Assembly (NCBI GenBank): GCA_963676615.1 | Contig: OY781092.1 | Coordinates: 928,001 to 992,000 of the forward strand | Source: Candidatus Cloacimonadota bacterium | Lineage (GTDB): Bacteria > Cloacimonadota > Cloacimonadia > G963667145 | Direction: 5' to 3' | Length of the DNA: 64,000 nucleotides | Part shown: piece by piece, positions 1 through 10,213 of the stretch | Position numbering within the stretch: position 1 is the stretch's first letter | Layout of the letters: each line of letters begins with the position of its first letter | Program-made: the position numbers and the translations under genes | The notes under the pieces: model-generated | What the model was told of the DNA's origin: nothing | The model's input: the letters and a program-made list of their open reading frames with translations, nothing else | The model's database searches: none

Positions 1-219
1 TTTTGCGTGCGGCGTGCGCAGCGCCAAAATATAGAGCGCCGTTTTTTCCAGCTGCAAATCCGCTTCGTTCACTTTCTTCTCCAGAATGGCGACCTGCTCC
101 AAACTTTGACAATCCCCGCTTTGATAGCACTCGGCGCAAATATCCATCATTTGCTCGACGCGCAAAGTTTGCTCCTTCAAGCTCTTTTTCAACTCTTCAA
201 TCTTTTTTTGTATCATCAT
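1..219 (-). CDS. phoU: PhoU family phosphate uptake regulator (partial, runs off window start)
   Basis: Hand translation from ATG at 219 (GGAG RBS upstream): MMIQKKIEELKKSL...EKKVNEADLQLEKTALYILALRTPHAK, PhoU-like helical repeat; directly downstream of pstB. Confidence 0.8.
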   Translation of the reverse strand, partial: MMIQKKIEELKKSLKEQTLRVEQMMDICAECYQSGDCQSLEQVAILEKKVNEADLQLEKTALYILALRTPHAK

Positions 220-237
220 TTCTCCGTCTAAAACCTA

Positions 238-990
238 TTAACCAAAATTCCCTTGCAAATAATCTTCCGTCATTTTTTCCTGCGGATTGGTGAAAAGATG
301 CTTGGTTTTGCCAAACTCAACCATCTTGCCCAAATACATAAACGCCGTGTTGTCCGAAATTCTGCCAGCTTGCCCGATGTTGTGCGTCACAATCAAAATC
401 GTCATCTGTTTTTTCAGCCGCAAACAAAGCTCCTCAATCTTCAGCGTTGATTTAGGATCGAGCGCCGAAGTTGGCTCGTCCAAAAGCAGCACCTTGGAAT
501 CGTTGGCTATCGCCCGCGCAATGCACAAACGCTGCTGCTGTCCGCCAGAAAGCCGCAACGCGCTGCCGTGCAAGCGGTCTTTGACTTCGTCCCAAATCCA
601 AGCCTCTTTCAGCGCCGCAACAACTTTCTCTTCCAAATCTTTTTTGGGAACACCCCGCAATCTTGGTCCGTAGCTGATGTTGTCAAAAATCGATTTCGGG
701 AACGGATTTGGTCGCTGAAACACCATTCCCACGCGGGTGCGCAGATCGTTCACATTGCATTTTGGCGAAAAAATATCTTCGCCTTCCAGCAAAATTTTCC
801 CCTCGATTCTGAGCACTGGCGATAGGTCGTTCATCCGATTAAATGTGCGCAAAAGCGTCGATTTGCCGCAACCAGACGGTCCTATCAAGGCGGTTATTTT
901 GTTCGTCTGCACCCCCAAGTTCACATCTTTTAACACACGATTTTCCGCAAACCACAAGTTCAAATTTTTCGTCTCTATTATATTCATCAA
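238..990 (-). CDS. pstB: Phosphate ABC transporter ATP-binding protein
   Basis: GPSGCGKS Walker A, LSGGQQQR signature, FQRPNPFP and [11 protein letters not shown] motifs. Confidence 0.97.
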   Translation of the reverse strand: MMNIIETKNLNLWFAENRVLKDVNLGVQTNKITALIGPSGCGKSTLLRTFNRMNDLSPVLRIEGKILLEGEDIFSPKCNVNDLRTRVGMVFQRPNPFPKSIFDNISYGPRLRGVPKKDLEEKVVAALKEAWIWDEVKDRLHGSALRLSGGQQQRLCIARAIANDSKVLLLDEPTSALDPKSTLKIEELCLRLKKQMTILIVTHNIGQAGRISDNTAFMYLGKMVEFGKTKHLFTNPQEKMTEDYLQGNFG

Positions 991-1000
991 TTCCTCTTAA

Positions 1001-1849
1001 CTATCTGTTTTTCCGTATTTTATAACGCATCACCACCGCAACCGAGCTAACGCCCACGACCAGCAAAATCAAAATAAACGCCGAGCCATAGGCGATGGGT
1101 ATCTGGCTTTGCGGGTGCACGCCTTCGCTGACAAGGGCGTAGATGTGATATGGCAGCGCCATCACTTCCGAAAACAAGCCCGTGGGCAAAAATCGGGAGT
1201 AAAAAGTGACGGCGGTGAACATTATCGGGGCTGTCTCGCCCGCAACACGACCGACGCTGATGATTATTCCCGTGAGGATGTTTGGCAAAGCCACTGGCAG
1301 CGCCACCTGCAAGACCGTCTGCGTTTTGTTCGCTCCGAGTCCATAGGAAGCCTCCAGATAATCTTTGGGAACTTTCGAAAGCGCCTCGCACGCATTGGAG
1401 ACAATCATCGGCAGCACCAACACAGCCAGCGTGCTAGAGCCAGCCAGCAGACTCACGCCCATATGCATCAGCTTTACAAACACCGTCAGCCCAAACAGTC
1501 CGTAAACTATCGACGGCACGCCAGCCAAGGTATCCAGAGCCATCTGCACAGTTTTTTTCATAATCCCTGGGCGAGCGTAATAGACAAGGTAGATTGCACT
1601 CAAAATCGCAAAAGGCGTTGACAACGCAATAGATAGCAGCGTCAGCAAAAATGTTCCCAGCAATGCGGGAAAGATACCGCCTTCGGTCATTCTGTTTAAC
1701 GGCGCGCTGGTCAAAAATTCCCAAGAAAGCACCGACGCTCCTCGCACCAAAACATCCAACAAAAAAACGAGCAAAAACAGCCCCGTAAAGGCGATGCACA
1801 CTGTCAAAAAATAGAAGCCCAATCTCTCTTTTAGGTCGCGGACTCTCAT
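1001..1849 (-). CDS. pstA: Phosphate ABC transporter permease
   Basis: LAGVPSIVYGLFG, GRVAGETAP motifs; operon position. Confidence 0.95.
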   Translation of the reverse strand: MRVRDLKERLGFYFLTVCIAFTGLFLLVFLLDVLVRGASVLSWEFLTSAPLNRMTEGGIFPALLGTFLLTLLSIALSTPFAILSAIYLVYYARPGIMKKTVQMALDTLAGVPSIVYGLFGLTVFVKLMHMGVSLLAGSSTLAVLVLPMIVSNACEALSKVPKDYLEASYGLGANKTQTVLQVALPVALPNILTGIIISVGRVAGETAPIMFTAVTFYSRFLPTGLFSEVMALPYHIYALVSEGVHPQSQIPIAYGSAFILILLVVGVSSVAVVMRYKIRKNR

Positions 1850-2712
1850 GCTACCTCTCCTCTATTTGATAGGTAATTCGCCACCAAAACTAGCCCGAAA
1901 CAGATCACAAAAAGCAGCATACTGATGGCGAAAAGGGCGTAATAGTGCACCGAGCCGATTACCGTCTCACCCATCTCCATCGCCACTGTGGCTGGCATCG
2001 GGCGCACGGGACTAAAAATCGAAGTGGGGATTATCGCCGCTCCTCCTGCGAGCATCACCACCACCATCGTCTCGCCCACGGCTCTGCCGAGTCCCAGCAC
2101 CAGCGATTTCATCACGCCAGTTTTAGCTGCGGGCAACACGACTTTAATCGTCGTCTCCCATTTGTTCGCCCCAAGTCCCAGCGACGCTTCTCGCAGCGAC
2201 ATCGGCACGACCGAAAATGCGTCTTCGCTCACCGAGCAAATTATCGGCACGACCATTATTCCCAAAATTACCGAAGTTGTGAAAAGGTTCAGCCCGATTG
2301 CCGCTCCCAAATATTTTTGTACAAATGGAGCCAGTACAACCATTCCAAAAAGTCCGTAAACTACCGACGGAATGCCCGCCAGAAGCTCGATTGTGGGTTT
2401 GACAATCTCGCGAAATCGCTCTCCTGCAAACTCCGAGAGATAGATTCCAGAGCCGATTCCCAGCGGCACAGCCACGATCATCGCTCCCAGCGTCACGGCA
2501 AAAGAGCCTACAATGATGGCTCCGATGCCAAAGCTGGGCGAGCTCGCCGTTGGTCTCCATTGGGTGTTAAAAACAAAATCGGAGAAAGAGACAAACTCAA
2601 AAAGTTTTATCCCCTCTCCGAAGATGCTAAAAACGATTCCCAAAAGAGCCAATATCACGCTCACCGCCGACGCATAGACCAAAAAAGTGAATATTTTTTC
2701 TTTTGTTTTCAT
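1846..2712 (-). CDS. pstC: Phosphate ABC transporter permease
   Basis: ELLAGIPSVVYG, GRAVGETM motifs; 4-bp overlap with pstA. Confidence 0.95.
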   Translation of the reverse strand: MKTKEKIFTFLVYASAVSVILALLGIVFSIFGEGIKLFEFVSFSDFVFNTQWRPTASSPSFGIGAIIVGSFAVTLGAMIVAVPLGIGSGIYLSEFAGERFREIVKPTIELLAGIPSVVYGLFGMVVLAPFVQKYLGAAIGLNLFTTSVILGIMVVPIICSVSEDAFSVVPMSLREASLGLGANKWETTIKVVLPAAKTGVMKSLVLGLGRAVGETMVVVMLAGGAAIIPTSIFSPVRPMPATVAMEMGETVIGSVHYYALFAISMLLFVICFGLVLVANYLSNRGEVA

Positions 2713-2756
2713 AAATTTCTAACCGTTATTTTGTTCAAAAATCTTGCGTCGCCAAG

Positions 2757-3566
2757 CTAGTTAACCGCCACAAAACCTTGGTCAGAAACGATTTTTTGTC
2801 CTGCAGAAGATTTCACGAAATCCAAATATTTTTTTGTCATCCCTTTTGGCTGACCATTGGTGTACATTTGCAAAGACCTGGAAATCGGATAGTCGCCAGA
2901 TTTGATACCAGCTTTGGTGATAACTTTGCCCGCAACTCGCAAAACATTCACACCGTGATTGATGTAGCCATAGCCGATGTAGCCAATAGCGCCCGGCGTG
3001 GTCTTCACGCTGCTAACCACAGCGTTGTTCGAGCCGAGTTTGAGCGACGACGCCACAAATTTTTGCTTGTGCATCACTTTTTTCTCAAAAGTCTCAAAAG
3101 TCCCAGAAGAGGCGTCCCTGTTGATCACCACAATCTCTTTGTCCATACCGCCCAGCTCTTTCCAGTTGATTATTTTTCCGCTGTAAATATCACGCAAATC
3201 TTCCATACTGATTTGCCCGATTTCGTTCGATTTGTCCACAATCACAGCAATTCCGTCGAAAGCGACAATGTGCTTCACCAAATCGACACCCTCAGCTTTT
3301 GCTTTTTGAATTTCCTTGCCTTTTGCCAATCTCGACGCATCGCCGATGTCCACAGTCCCTTCGATTACGCTGGCAATACCAACCGACGAGCCACCGCCAC
3401 GCACACTCACATCCGCATTATCGTTCCGCTGCATAAAAGCCTCCGCAGTCGCTTGCGCAATCGGCAAAACGGTCGTCGAACCCGCAATCGTCACCTTTTT
3501 AATATCGCCCTTGCAGCCCATCAAGGCTATCATACCCACACTCAACAAAACCAAAATTTTTCTCAT
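2757..3566 (-). CDS. pstS: Phosphate-binding lipoprotein
   Basis: Lipobox-like ALMGC, AGSTTVLP, GGGSSVG, RDASSGT motifs. Confidence 0.95.
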   Translation of the reverse strand: MRKILVLLSVGMIALMGCKGDIKKVTIAGSTTVLPIAQATAEAFMQRNDNADVSVRGGGSSVGIASVIEGTVDIGDASRLAKGKEIQKAKAEGVDLVKHIVAFDGIAVIVDKSNEIGQISMEDLRDIYSGKIINWKELGGMDKEIVVINRDASSGTFETFEKKVMHKQKFVASSLKLGSNNAVVSSVKTTPGAIGYIGYGYINHGVNVLRVAGKVITKAGIKSGDYPISRSLQMYTNGQPKGMTKKYLDFVKSSAGQKIVSDQGFVAVN

Positions 3567-3651
3567 TTTTTTCTCTCCTTAAATTTTTACATTTTTTTTA
3601 GTAAGCTAAACCTTTTTTTAGCGTTCGTTATAAATTGTTATACTCGGCAAA

Positions 3652-3690
3652 TGTTAAAATTTTATAAAGGAAATGTTAAGATTGTGTAAA
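3652..3690 (-). promoter_or_regulatory. PHO box: four TT(A/T)A(C/T)A hexamers at 11-bp periodicity upstream of pstS
   Basis: Minus strand TTTACA-N5-TTAACA-N5-TTTATA-N5-TTAACA, followed by -10-like TATAAC (3642-3637). Confidence 0.8.
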
Positions 3691-3714
3691 AAAGTGAGAA
3701 AAGACAAAAAAGTT

Positions 3715-4370
3715 CTCTTCGTGCAGGCAAGGAGTACCTGAATGGCTACCAACCCTCCGTCATTGCGGGCTCCGACCCGCAATCTTTGCAAGAACCGCAG
3801 AGTTTTTTCTCTTATCAGAGGGATTCTTCGTTACCTTTTTTTGTCTGAACAAAAATAAGGTAACACCAAAAAAAATCAAATCATAAGCCTAAATTCTAAC
3901 TTGCAAAACTCGCTCGTTGTGGCTGTAGCAAAGGCTTTAAGATCAAGTCGGGCAGTCCTTTCGTAAGAGATTAAATCCTTTGGACAGCCAGCTAACTTCA
4001 GTCGTTTGAGCAAGTTTGACGAATTGAGGCTTGAATGATTGCTAACCCGCCCCGCCCGCCTGCTCGCCTAGACTGGCGATGGGAAGGACGCCCGCTTCAA
4101 ATCTGACACCAAAATAGAGAATTATCATTTGTTGCTTTTATTTTGGTGTCAGAACCCGATGAAGCGGGATGCTACCCCACCCGCTTGTGCGCTCTTCAGC
4201 TGGGAAGAGGCGGGCAATAAAAACTCAAATCGGGAAGCGTAAATCTGACCACATAAATACGGCTAATCATTTGAGACTTCATTTATGTGGTCAGATAGCT
4301 TAACGATTTCGTTTTTTGGTTTTTCTTTGGTTTTACCTTTCATTTGGACATCCAAAAGAAAGGTAAATAA
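3715..4370. repeat. Intergenic mosaic of palindromic repeat modules (locus A)
   Basis: Hairpins at 3759-3784, 3830-3864, 3877-4041, 4086-4172, 4243-4296 and 4332-4367; several recur near 10.2-11.1 kb, 30.9-31.1 kb and 56.35-56.56 kb. Confidence 0.85.
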
Positions 4371-4390
4371 AAGCAAAAAAACTAAACATC

Positions 4391-4426
4391 AAAAAAAAGC
4401 GAATTAAGAAAAACTTAACTCGCTTT
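4391..4426 (-). terminator. Rho-independent terminator after clpX
   Basis: GCGAGTTAAG-loop-CTTAATTCGC followed by T8 on minus strand. Confidence 0.75.
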
Positions 4427-4445
4427 AAAAAAAATGAAAAAAAAA

Positions 4446-5657
4446 TTAAAACTGATACTCCGGTTTGCCGCCGTCAGAAATCACATCTTGCCCCACTACG
4501 CACTTCTGCAGCCCTTGCATATCAGGCACTTCATACATAATGTCCAGCATACTCTTCTCCATAATCGAGCGTAAACTCCGCGCGCCAAGCTTCTGCGACA
4601 TCGCCAGCTCTGCCACCTTCTCCAGCGCCTGATCGGTAATCTCCAAATCAACACCCTCCAGCGCGAACAAAGCCTTATACTGCCGCACCAAAGCGTTTTT
4701 CGGCACCGTCAAAATATTTTTCAACGCCTGCTTATTCAACTGCTCAAAAGTCGTTAAAACTGGCAACCTGCCAATCATCTCTGGAATCAGCCCGTAATGC
4801 AAAATATCCTCGTAACTCACCTGCTGCATCAGCTGGCTTTTTTGCTCTTTGCTGATAATCGTCGAGTCGAAACCGATGCTCTTTTTATTCACCCGCTGCT
4901 TGATCAGCCGCTCGATACCCGCAAAAGCTCCGCCAACGATAAACAAAATATCGCTCGTATCCATCTGAATAAAATCTTGATTTGGATGCTTGCGTCCACC
5001 TTTTGGCGGCACATTCACCACCGTTCCTTCCAAAATCTTCAAAATCGCCTGTTGCACACCCTCGCCAGAAACATCCCTCGTAATACTCGTGCTCTCCGAT
5101 TTGCGAGCAATCTTGTCGATCTCGTCGATATAGATAATCCCCTTCTCCGCCTTTTTCACATCATAATTCGCACTCTGCAAAAGGCGCACCAAAATATTTT
5201 CAACATCCTCACCCACATAGCCCGCTTCGGTCAAAGTCGTCGCATCGGCAATCGCAAAAGGCACCTTGAGCATCTTCGCCAAAGTTTGGGCGATATAAGT
5301 TTTGCCACAGCCCGTAGGACCCATCATCAAAATATTGCTCTTCTCGATTTTAACGCCATCCTGCTCCTGCGCCTTCCACACCCGCTTGTAATGATTATAC
5401 ACCGCCACAGCAATCGTCCGCTTCGGGCTATCCTGACCGATGACATACTCGTCCAAATACTCCTTAATCTTCGCTGGCGTCGGCAAAAGCAAATCCTGCT
5501 CCAGACTCTCCTCATCCTCATACCGCTCGTGAAAAATATTCGCACAATGATCCACACACTCGCTACAAATCGCCACATTACCAACCTTAATCAGCTCGCG
5601 CTCTGGAGACTCCAGCTCGCCACAAAACGAGCATCTGCTCTGTCTATACTCACTCAT
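4446..5657 (-). CDS. clpX: ATP-dependent Clp protease ATP-binding subunit
   Basis: N-terminal C4 zinc finger, [22 protein letters not shown] loop, GGRKHP. Confidence 0.98.
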   Translation of the reverse strand: MSEYRQSRCSFCGELESPERELIKVGNVAICSECVDHCANIFHERYEDEESLEQDLLLPTPAKIKEYLDEYVIGQDSPKRTIAVAVYNHYKRVWKAQEQDGVKIEKSNILMMGPTGCGKTYIAQTLAKMLKVPFAIADATTLTEAGYVGEDVENILVRLLQSANYDVKKAEKGIIYIDEIDKIARKSESTSITRDVSGEGVQQAILKILEGTVVNVPPKGGRKHPNQDFIQMDTSDILFIVGGAFAGIERLIKQRVNKKSIGFDSTIISKEQKSQLMQQVSYEDILHYGLIPEMIGRLPVLTTFEQLNKQALKNILTVPKNALVRQYKALFALEGVDLEITDQALEKVAELAMSQKLGARSLRSIMEKSMLDIMYEVPDMQGLQKCVVGQDVISDGGKPEYQF

Positions 5658-6246
5658 TCACCTGACTCCGATTCTCTAGCACCTTGTCCAAAATCCCATA
5701 CTCCACACTCTCCTGCGCCGACATAAAAAAATCTCGATTTGTATCTTTTTCGATCCTCTTCAAAGTTTTGCCCGTGTGATGACTCAAAATTTGGTTCAAC
5801 TTGTCCCGAACTTTCAAAATCTCGTTCGTATGAATCTCGATATCGCTCGCCTGACCTTGCATTCCGCCAAGCGGCTGATGAATCATCACTCTTGAATTTT
5901 GCAGCGCAAACCGCTTGCCTTTTTCGCCTCCAGCCAAAAGCACAGCTGCCATCGAACAAGCTTGTCCAAGACAAATCGTCGAAACTTTCGGCGTGATAAA
6001 CTGCATCGTATCATAAATTGCCAAACCCGCAGTCACCACACCCCCTGGCGAGTTCAAATAAAGATAGACATCCTTATGCGGATCTTCGCTCTCCAGATGC
6101 AACAACTGCGCACACACCAAATTCGCCACCGTATCGTCGATCTGCGAGCCGATAAAAATTATCCGATCTTTTAGAAGCCTAGAAAAAATATCGTAAGCCC
6201 GCTCCGAGCGACCAGACTGCTCCACCACCATTGGCACAAAAGACAT
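5650..6246 (-). CDS. clpP: Clp protease proteolytic subunit
   Basis: [31 protein letters not shown]. Confidence 0.98.
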   Translation of the reverse strand: MSFVPMVVEQSGRSERAYDIFSRLLKDRIIFIGSQIDDTVANLVCAQLLHLESEDPHKDVYLYLNSPGGVVTAGLAIYDTMQFITPKVSTICLGQACSMAAVLLAGGEKGKRFALQNSRVMIHQPLGGMQGQASDIEIHTNEILKVRDKLNQILSHHTGKTLKRIEKDTNRDFFMSAQESVEYGILDKVLENRSQVNE

Positions 6247-7523
6247 TATTTATCCTCTTTCTTATCCGATTTTGGCGCAGCATCGCTCTCTTTTTTCGCC
6301 ATCTGTTCGGGAGTCACAACCGTCATTTTCTTCACAATCTTATCCACGATTTTGCTATCCAAAGCCGGCGCAAAATATCTCTGCTCATCAGCAACGCTAT
6401 CCTTAAACTTCTTGCGATACTCGTCGATGCTCATCTTCATGCCGTCGGCGTTCAACTTCACAAACTTTTCTTTCTCATTATCGGTGAGCGTCACGCCCAA
6501 ACTCTCGCGGAAAAATTCCAGCACATAAACTTCCAGTAGCTGCATCTGCGCCATATTCACAAACATCGGCATCACGCCATCAATCTTCGACTTATACGCA
6601 TTCATATACGGCTGAGCCATCTGGCGCGCGTAATCGATCACCAAATCTTGCGGAACCTCCAAAGAGTTCGCCTTGGCAAGAGCAGCCACCATCGCCTGCT
6701 TCTTCAGCGCCACATTCTCCGTTTCCACCTTCGATTTCAGTTCGTCCTTAATTTGCGCCTTCATCGCCTTCAAATCATCAAAACCAGAATCTTTGGCAAA
6801 CTCATCGTCAATCTTCGGCAAATCCAGCCTCTTAATCGCCGTGATTTTCAGCTCGACATCTTTCATATCCGAACCGTCTTTCTCTTTGCTATAATCCATC
6901 TGCGCAGTCAGCTCATCACCAACTTTCACACCCTTGAGAGCGTCCTCAAACTTCTTACCATAAGGCGTGCTGCCACAAATAAAATTCCGCTGAAACTCCT
7001 TGCCGCTAGCCACAAACTTCATATCCGCATAAATCGTATCGCCCTTTTTGGGAGCAGAATCAATCTCCACCAGCTCGCCCAGCTTATACTGCAAATTTTG
7101 CAACTCCGCATCCACCTCTTTCGCCCCAACCTTCTTCGGCTCAAAAACCATCTCCACGCCCTCGTAATCGACCTTCTCATACTTCGGCGCAACCTGATAA
7201 GAGTAGGTAATCTCAAGGCTCTTGTCGTCATTTTCCTTAATATCCAAAATATTACCAGCCGACAAAGGCTTGATCTCCAGCTCATCCACCACAAACTTAT
7301 ACTGCGCAGAAGCAAAATCTTCCCGAAACTGAGAAGCGATGCCCTCTCCATAATTTTTCTCCACCATAGCAAGCGGCGCTTTACCCTTGCGAAAACCCTT
7401 GATACTCACCATCTTAGCATACTTCTTCAAAGATTTTTGATACTCTTTACTCACCAGCTCCGCCGGAAAAACGACTACAGCCTCTCTCTTACACTGACCA
7501 ATCTCTTTCAGCTTAATATCCAT
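6246..7523 (-). CDS. tig: Trigger factor
   Basis: GFRKGKAP ribosome-binding signature; tig-clpP-clpX synteny; ATG 7523 with AGGAG RBS. Confidence 0.92.
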   Translation of the reverse strand: MDIKLKEIGQCKREAVVVFPAELVSKEYQKSLKKYAKMVSIKGFRKGKAPLAMVEKNYGEGIASQFREDFASAQYKFVVDELEIKPLSAGNILDIKENDDKSLEITYSYQVAPKYEKVDYEGVEMVFEPKKVGAKEVDAELQNLQYKLGELVEIDSAPKKGDTIYADMKFVASGKEFQRNFICGSTPYGKKFEDALKGVKVGDELTAQMDYSKEKDGSDMKDVELKITAIKRLDLPKIDDEFAKDSGFDDLKAMKAQIKDELKSKVETENVALKKQAMVAALAKANSLEVPQDLVIDYARQMAQPYMNAYKSKIDGVMPMFVNMAQMQLLEVYVLEFFRESLGVTLTDNEKEKFVKLNADGMKMSIDEYRKKFKDSVADEQRYFAPALDSKIVDKIVKKMTVVTPEQMAKKESDAAPKSDKKEDK

Positions 7524-7785
7524 CAAAACTCCTACTCCTGCGTCAAAAAAATTACAAATCGCCACAAAACCACCTGCAATCTTCAATCAGCAACAACTAT
7601 TTCAAATTTACTACCACCCAAAAAATAAGTGCCAAGCTGTCAAACAATTTGTTTTTCTGCCAATTTCACTCATTTTTATCATCCAAAAATTCGTTGTTTC
7701 TTCCTTGTAATGGAAAAATAAAATCAACATAACCGACCTTTTCGACCAAACTAACAAAAAAAATTACGGGGATTTAAAAAGAAAA

Positions 7786-7871
7786 TGGTGCGAGAGGGGG
7801 GATTTGAACCCCCAAGAGCAGAGCTCGCTGGATTCTAAGTCCAGTGCGTTTACCAATTTCACCACTCTCGC
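7786..7871 (-). tRNA. tRNA-Leu(TAG)
   Basis: Cloverleaf, anticodon arm CTGGA-CTTAGAA-TCCAG, long variable arm, GGTTCAAATCC T arm, encoded CCA. Confidence 0.97.
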
Positions 7872-8015
7872 ATCTTTGACAACCAATGCCAACACCGACT
7901 CACAATCTAAAAAAAGCTCCCCGCTGTCAAACAATTTCTTCCCGAAAAACAGTTCAACAGCAAGGAGTCTTTCTAAATTTCGTCCCTTTTCCCCCAGAAA
8001 AAAAATGCGACCTCT

Positions 8016-10049
8016 TTAGTTCTCGCTCTTTTGGGCAATCAATTTGTTCGCCAAATCTGGTTGCAAAATCTGGTAGTGCGAAAATTTTTGGATAAACCTG
8101 CCTCTGCCTTGCGTCAGAGATTTCAAAGTCGGAAAGTAACTAAAAAGCTCCGAAAGCGGCAACTGCGCCTCTATCACCTGATTTTTCCCCTTCTGACTCA
8201 TCCCACTAACCATCCCCCGACGCGACGACAAATCGCTGATAACATCGCCCATATACTCCGCCGGCACATTTATCTGCACCGTGTGAATCGGCTCCAAAAT
8301 CACTGGCTGAGCCGCAACAAAGCCCTCTTTGAGCGCCATCGACGCCGCCGTCTTAAAAGCCGCCTCGCTAGAATCCACCGTGTGATACGAGCCGTCATAA
8401 ACCTCCACCATAATATCGCTCACCGGATAACCAGCCACAATTCCCTTGGCAATCGTCTCCTTCAGCCCCTTTTCTATTGCGGGAATAAACCCTTTTGGAA
8501 TCACTCCGCCGACAATCGACGACTTAAACTTAAAGCCCTCACCACGCTTCACAGGCGAAATCCGAAAATAAACTTCCGCAAACTGACCTCTGCCGCCCGA
8601 CTGCTTTTTGTGTCGATAATGACTCTCCACATTTTTGCTAATCGTCTCCATATAAGGCACTTTCGGCTCTTGCAGCTGGCACTTCACATTATAAAAATCG
8701 CTCAACTTCTTCTTGATTAGCTCCAGCTGGCTCAAACTAATGCCCGAAAGCACCGACTGCCGCGTCTTCTCGTTGTAATCCAGATGCAAAGTTTTATCCT
8801 CGTGCAACACCTTATCCAACACCTCGCCCAGCTTGTTCTCATCATCGTGCGACTCCGCCACAATCGTCCGCCAAACATACGGCGACGGCAAAACTGGCGG
8901 CATCACCTGCAAACTATCGTCCTTGGTCAAGGTGTTCAAACTTTGGCAATCTTTGAGCTTCACCAAAACGCCCAGCTGCCCAGCGGTCAACTCGTGCACA
9001 TCTTTCCGCTTTTTGCCCACAGTTTTATGCAGCGAGCCAATCTTCACCTTCTTCCCCGTTTCTGGCACATAAAAAGTTTCGCCCGTCTGCAACTTGCCAC
9101 GCATTACTCGCACAAAACAGACCGTGCCGACCGACTCTTCCGAAAGAGTTTTGTAAATATACGCAAGCGCTGGAGCATCATCCTTCGCCTCCACAATCTC
9201 TGGTTTGCCATCGCGGAGCACCTTGATTTTATTATCCTCCAGCGGAGACGGAAGCTCCCGCACAAGACAGTCCAGCGTAACGCCCACAGCCTTATCCTCA
9301 ATCGCCGAACAGGCAAACACAGGCGTAATCAGCCCTTCTCTGATGCCACTTTTCAGCCCTTGCAGCAACTGTTCCTGATCCAGCTCGCCCTTTTCCAAAT
9401 AAATATCCAACATCTGCTCCGAAGTCTGCGCTACCGCCTCGTTGAGCATCTCCAAAGCCTCCTGCACATCGTCCTCCATCTCCGTCGGCACAGGCTGCTC
9501 CTTACCATCGATAAACGCCTTCTGCTTAATCAAATGCACCACTCCACGAAAATCGCTCCCTTGACCAATCGGAATGCAAATCGGCGCTGGCGACAAATTT
9601 GAATGCTCCCGAATTTCCTGCAGAACTGCCTTGAAATCGGCATCTTTCTGATCCATTTTGTTAATCACAATCGCCTTGCAAATCTCGGGGATAACCTCCA
9701 ACTTACCGATAGACAGCTCCAAACTCGCCTGATAACCAGCGCTCGCACTGGCAAAAATCACCGCCGATTCCGCAGCTTTGGTCGCCATCATCTGCTCGCC
9801 CACAAAATCGGGATTTCCAGGCGTATCGATAATATTCACCTTCGTCCCTTTCCAATCAAACTGCGCCAAAGACAAATTTATCGAACTTTGCTGCTCAATC
9901 TCCTGGGGCGAAAAATCCATCACCGTGTTCCCCTCTGCAACGCTCCCAGCTCTGCCAATCACGCCAGCGCTCGCCAGCACCTGCTCACAAAAAGTCGTTT
10001 TGCCAGCTCCAGCACCACCTACCAAAAAAAAATTACGAGTCTCTTTCAT
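8016..10049 (-). CDS. Elongation factor G paralog (EF-G2 type)
   Basis: GGAGAGKTT, DTPG, NKMD, KKQSGGRGQF, DGSYHTVDSSE; divergent from canonical FusA and not in a str operon. Confidence 0.9.
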   Translation of the reverse strand: MKETRNFFLVGGAGAGKTTFCEQVLASAGVIGRAGSVAEGNTVMDFSPQEIEQQSSINLSLAQFDWKGTKVNIIDTPGNPDFVGEQMMATKAAESAVIFASASAGYQASLELSIGKLEVIPEICKAIVINKMDQKDADFKAVLQEIREHSNLSPAPICIPIGQGSDFRGVVHLIKQKAFIDGKEQPVPTEMEDDVQEALEMLNEAVAQTSEQMLDIYLEKGELDQEQLLQGLKSGIREGLITPVFACSAIEDKAVGVTLDCLVRELPSPLEDNKIKVLRDGKPEIVEAKDDAPALAYIYKTLSEESVGTVCFVRVMRGKLQTGETFYVPETGKKVKIGSLHKTVGKKRKDVHELTAGQLGVLVKLKDCQSLNTLTKDDSLQVMPPVLPSPYVWRTIVAESHDDENKLGEVLDKVLHEDKTLHLDYNEKTRQSVLSGISLSQLELIKKKLSDFYNVKCQLQEPKVPYMETISKNVESHYRHKKQSGGRGQFAEVYFRISPVKRGEGFKFKSSIVGGVIPKGFIPAIEKGLKETIAKGIVAGYPVSDIMVEVYDGSYHTVDSSEAAFKTAASMALKEGFVAAQPVILEPIHTVQINVPAEYMGDVISDLSSRRGMVSGMSQKGKNQVIEAQLPLSELFSYFPTLKSLTQGRGRFIQKFSHYQILQPDLANKLIAQKSEN

Positions 10050-10213
10050 TTTCGAATACACTCCTTTTTAATCAATGCTCACACTTCCAGTCGCCATAAC
10101 GGTTAATATTCTCGAAAAATAAAGACAATAAAAAAAAGGTCAAGAGTTTTTTTGGAAGGTAAAATACCAGAGCTTTCTCATAATTTTTGAAAATCAACAA
10201 ACTCGCCTTTTGC

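Noticed and set aside
3715..4370. Intergenic repeats as a CRISPR array or integron attC array
   Set aside because: No regularly spaced identical repeats with unique spacers, no cas or integrase gene, and no gene cassettes between the hairpins
7627..7636. Possible CIRCE upstream of tig
   Set aside because: Only a half-site (AGTGCCAA) with no partner arm at 9-bp spacing
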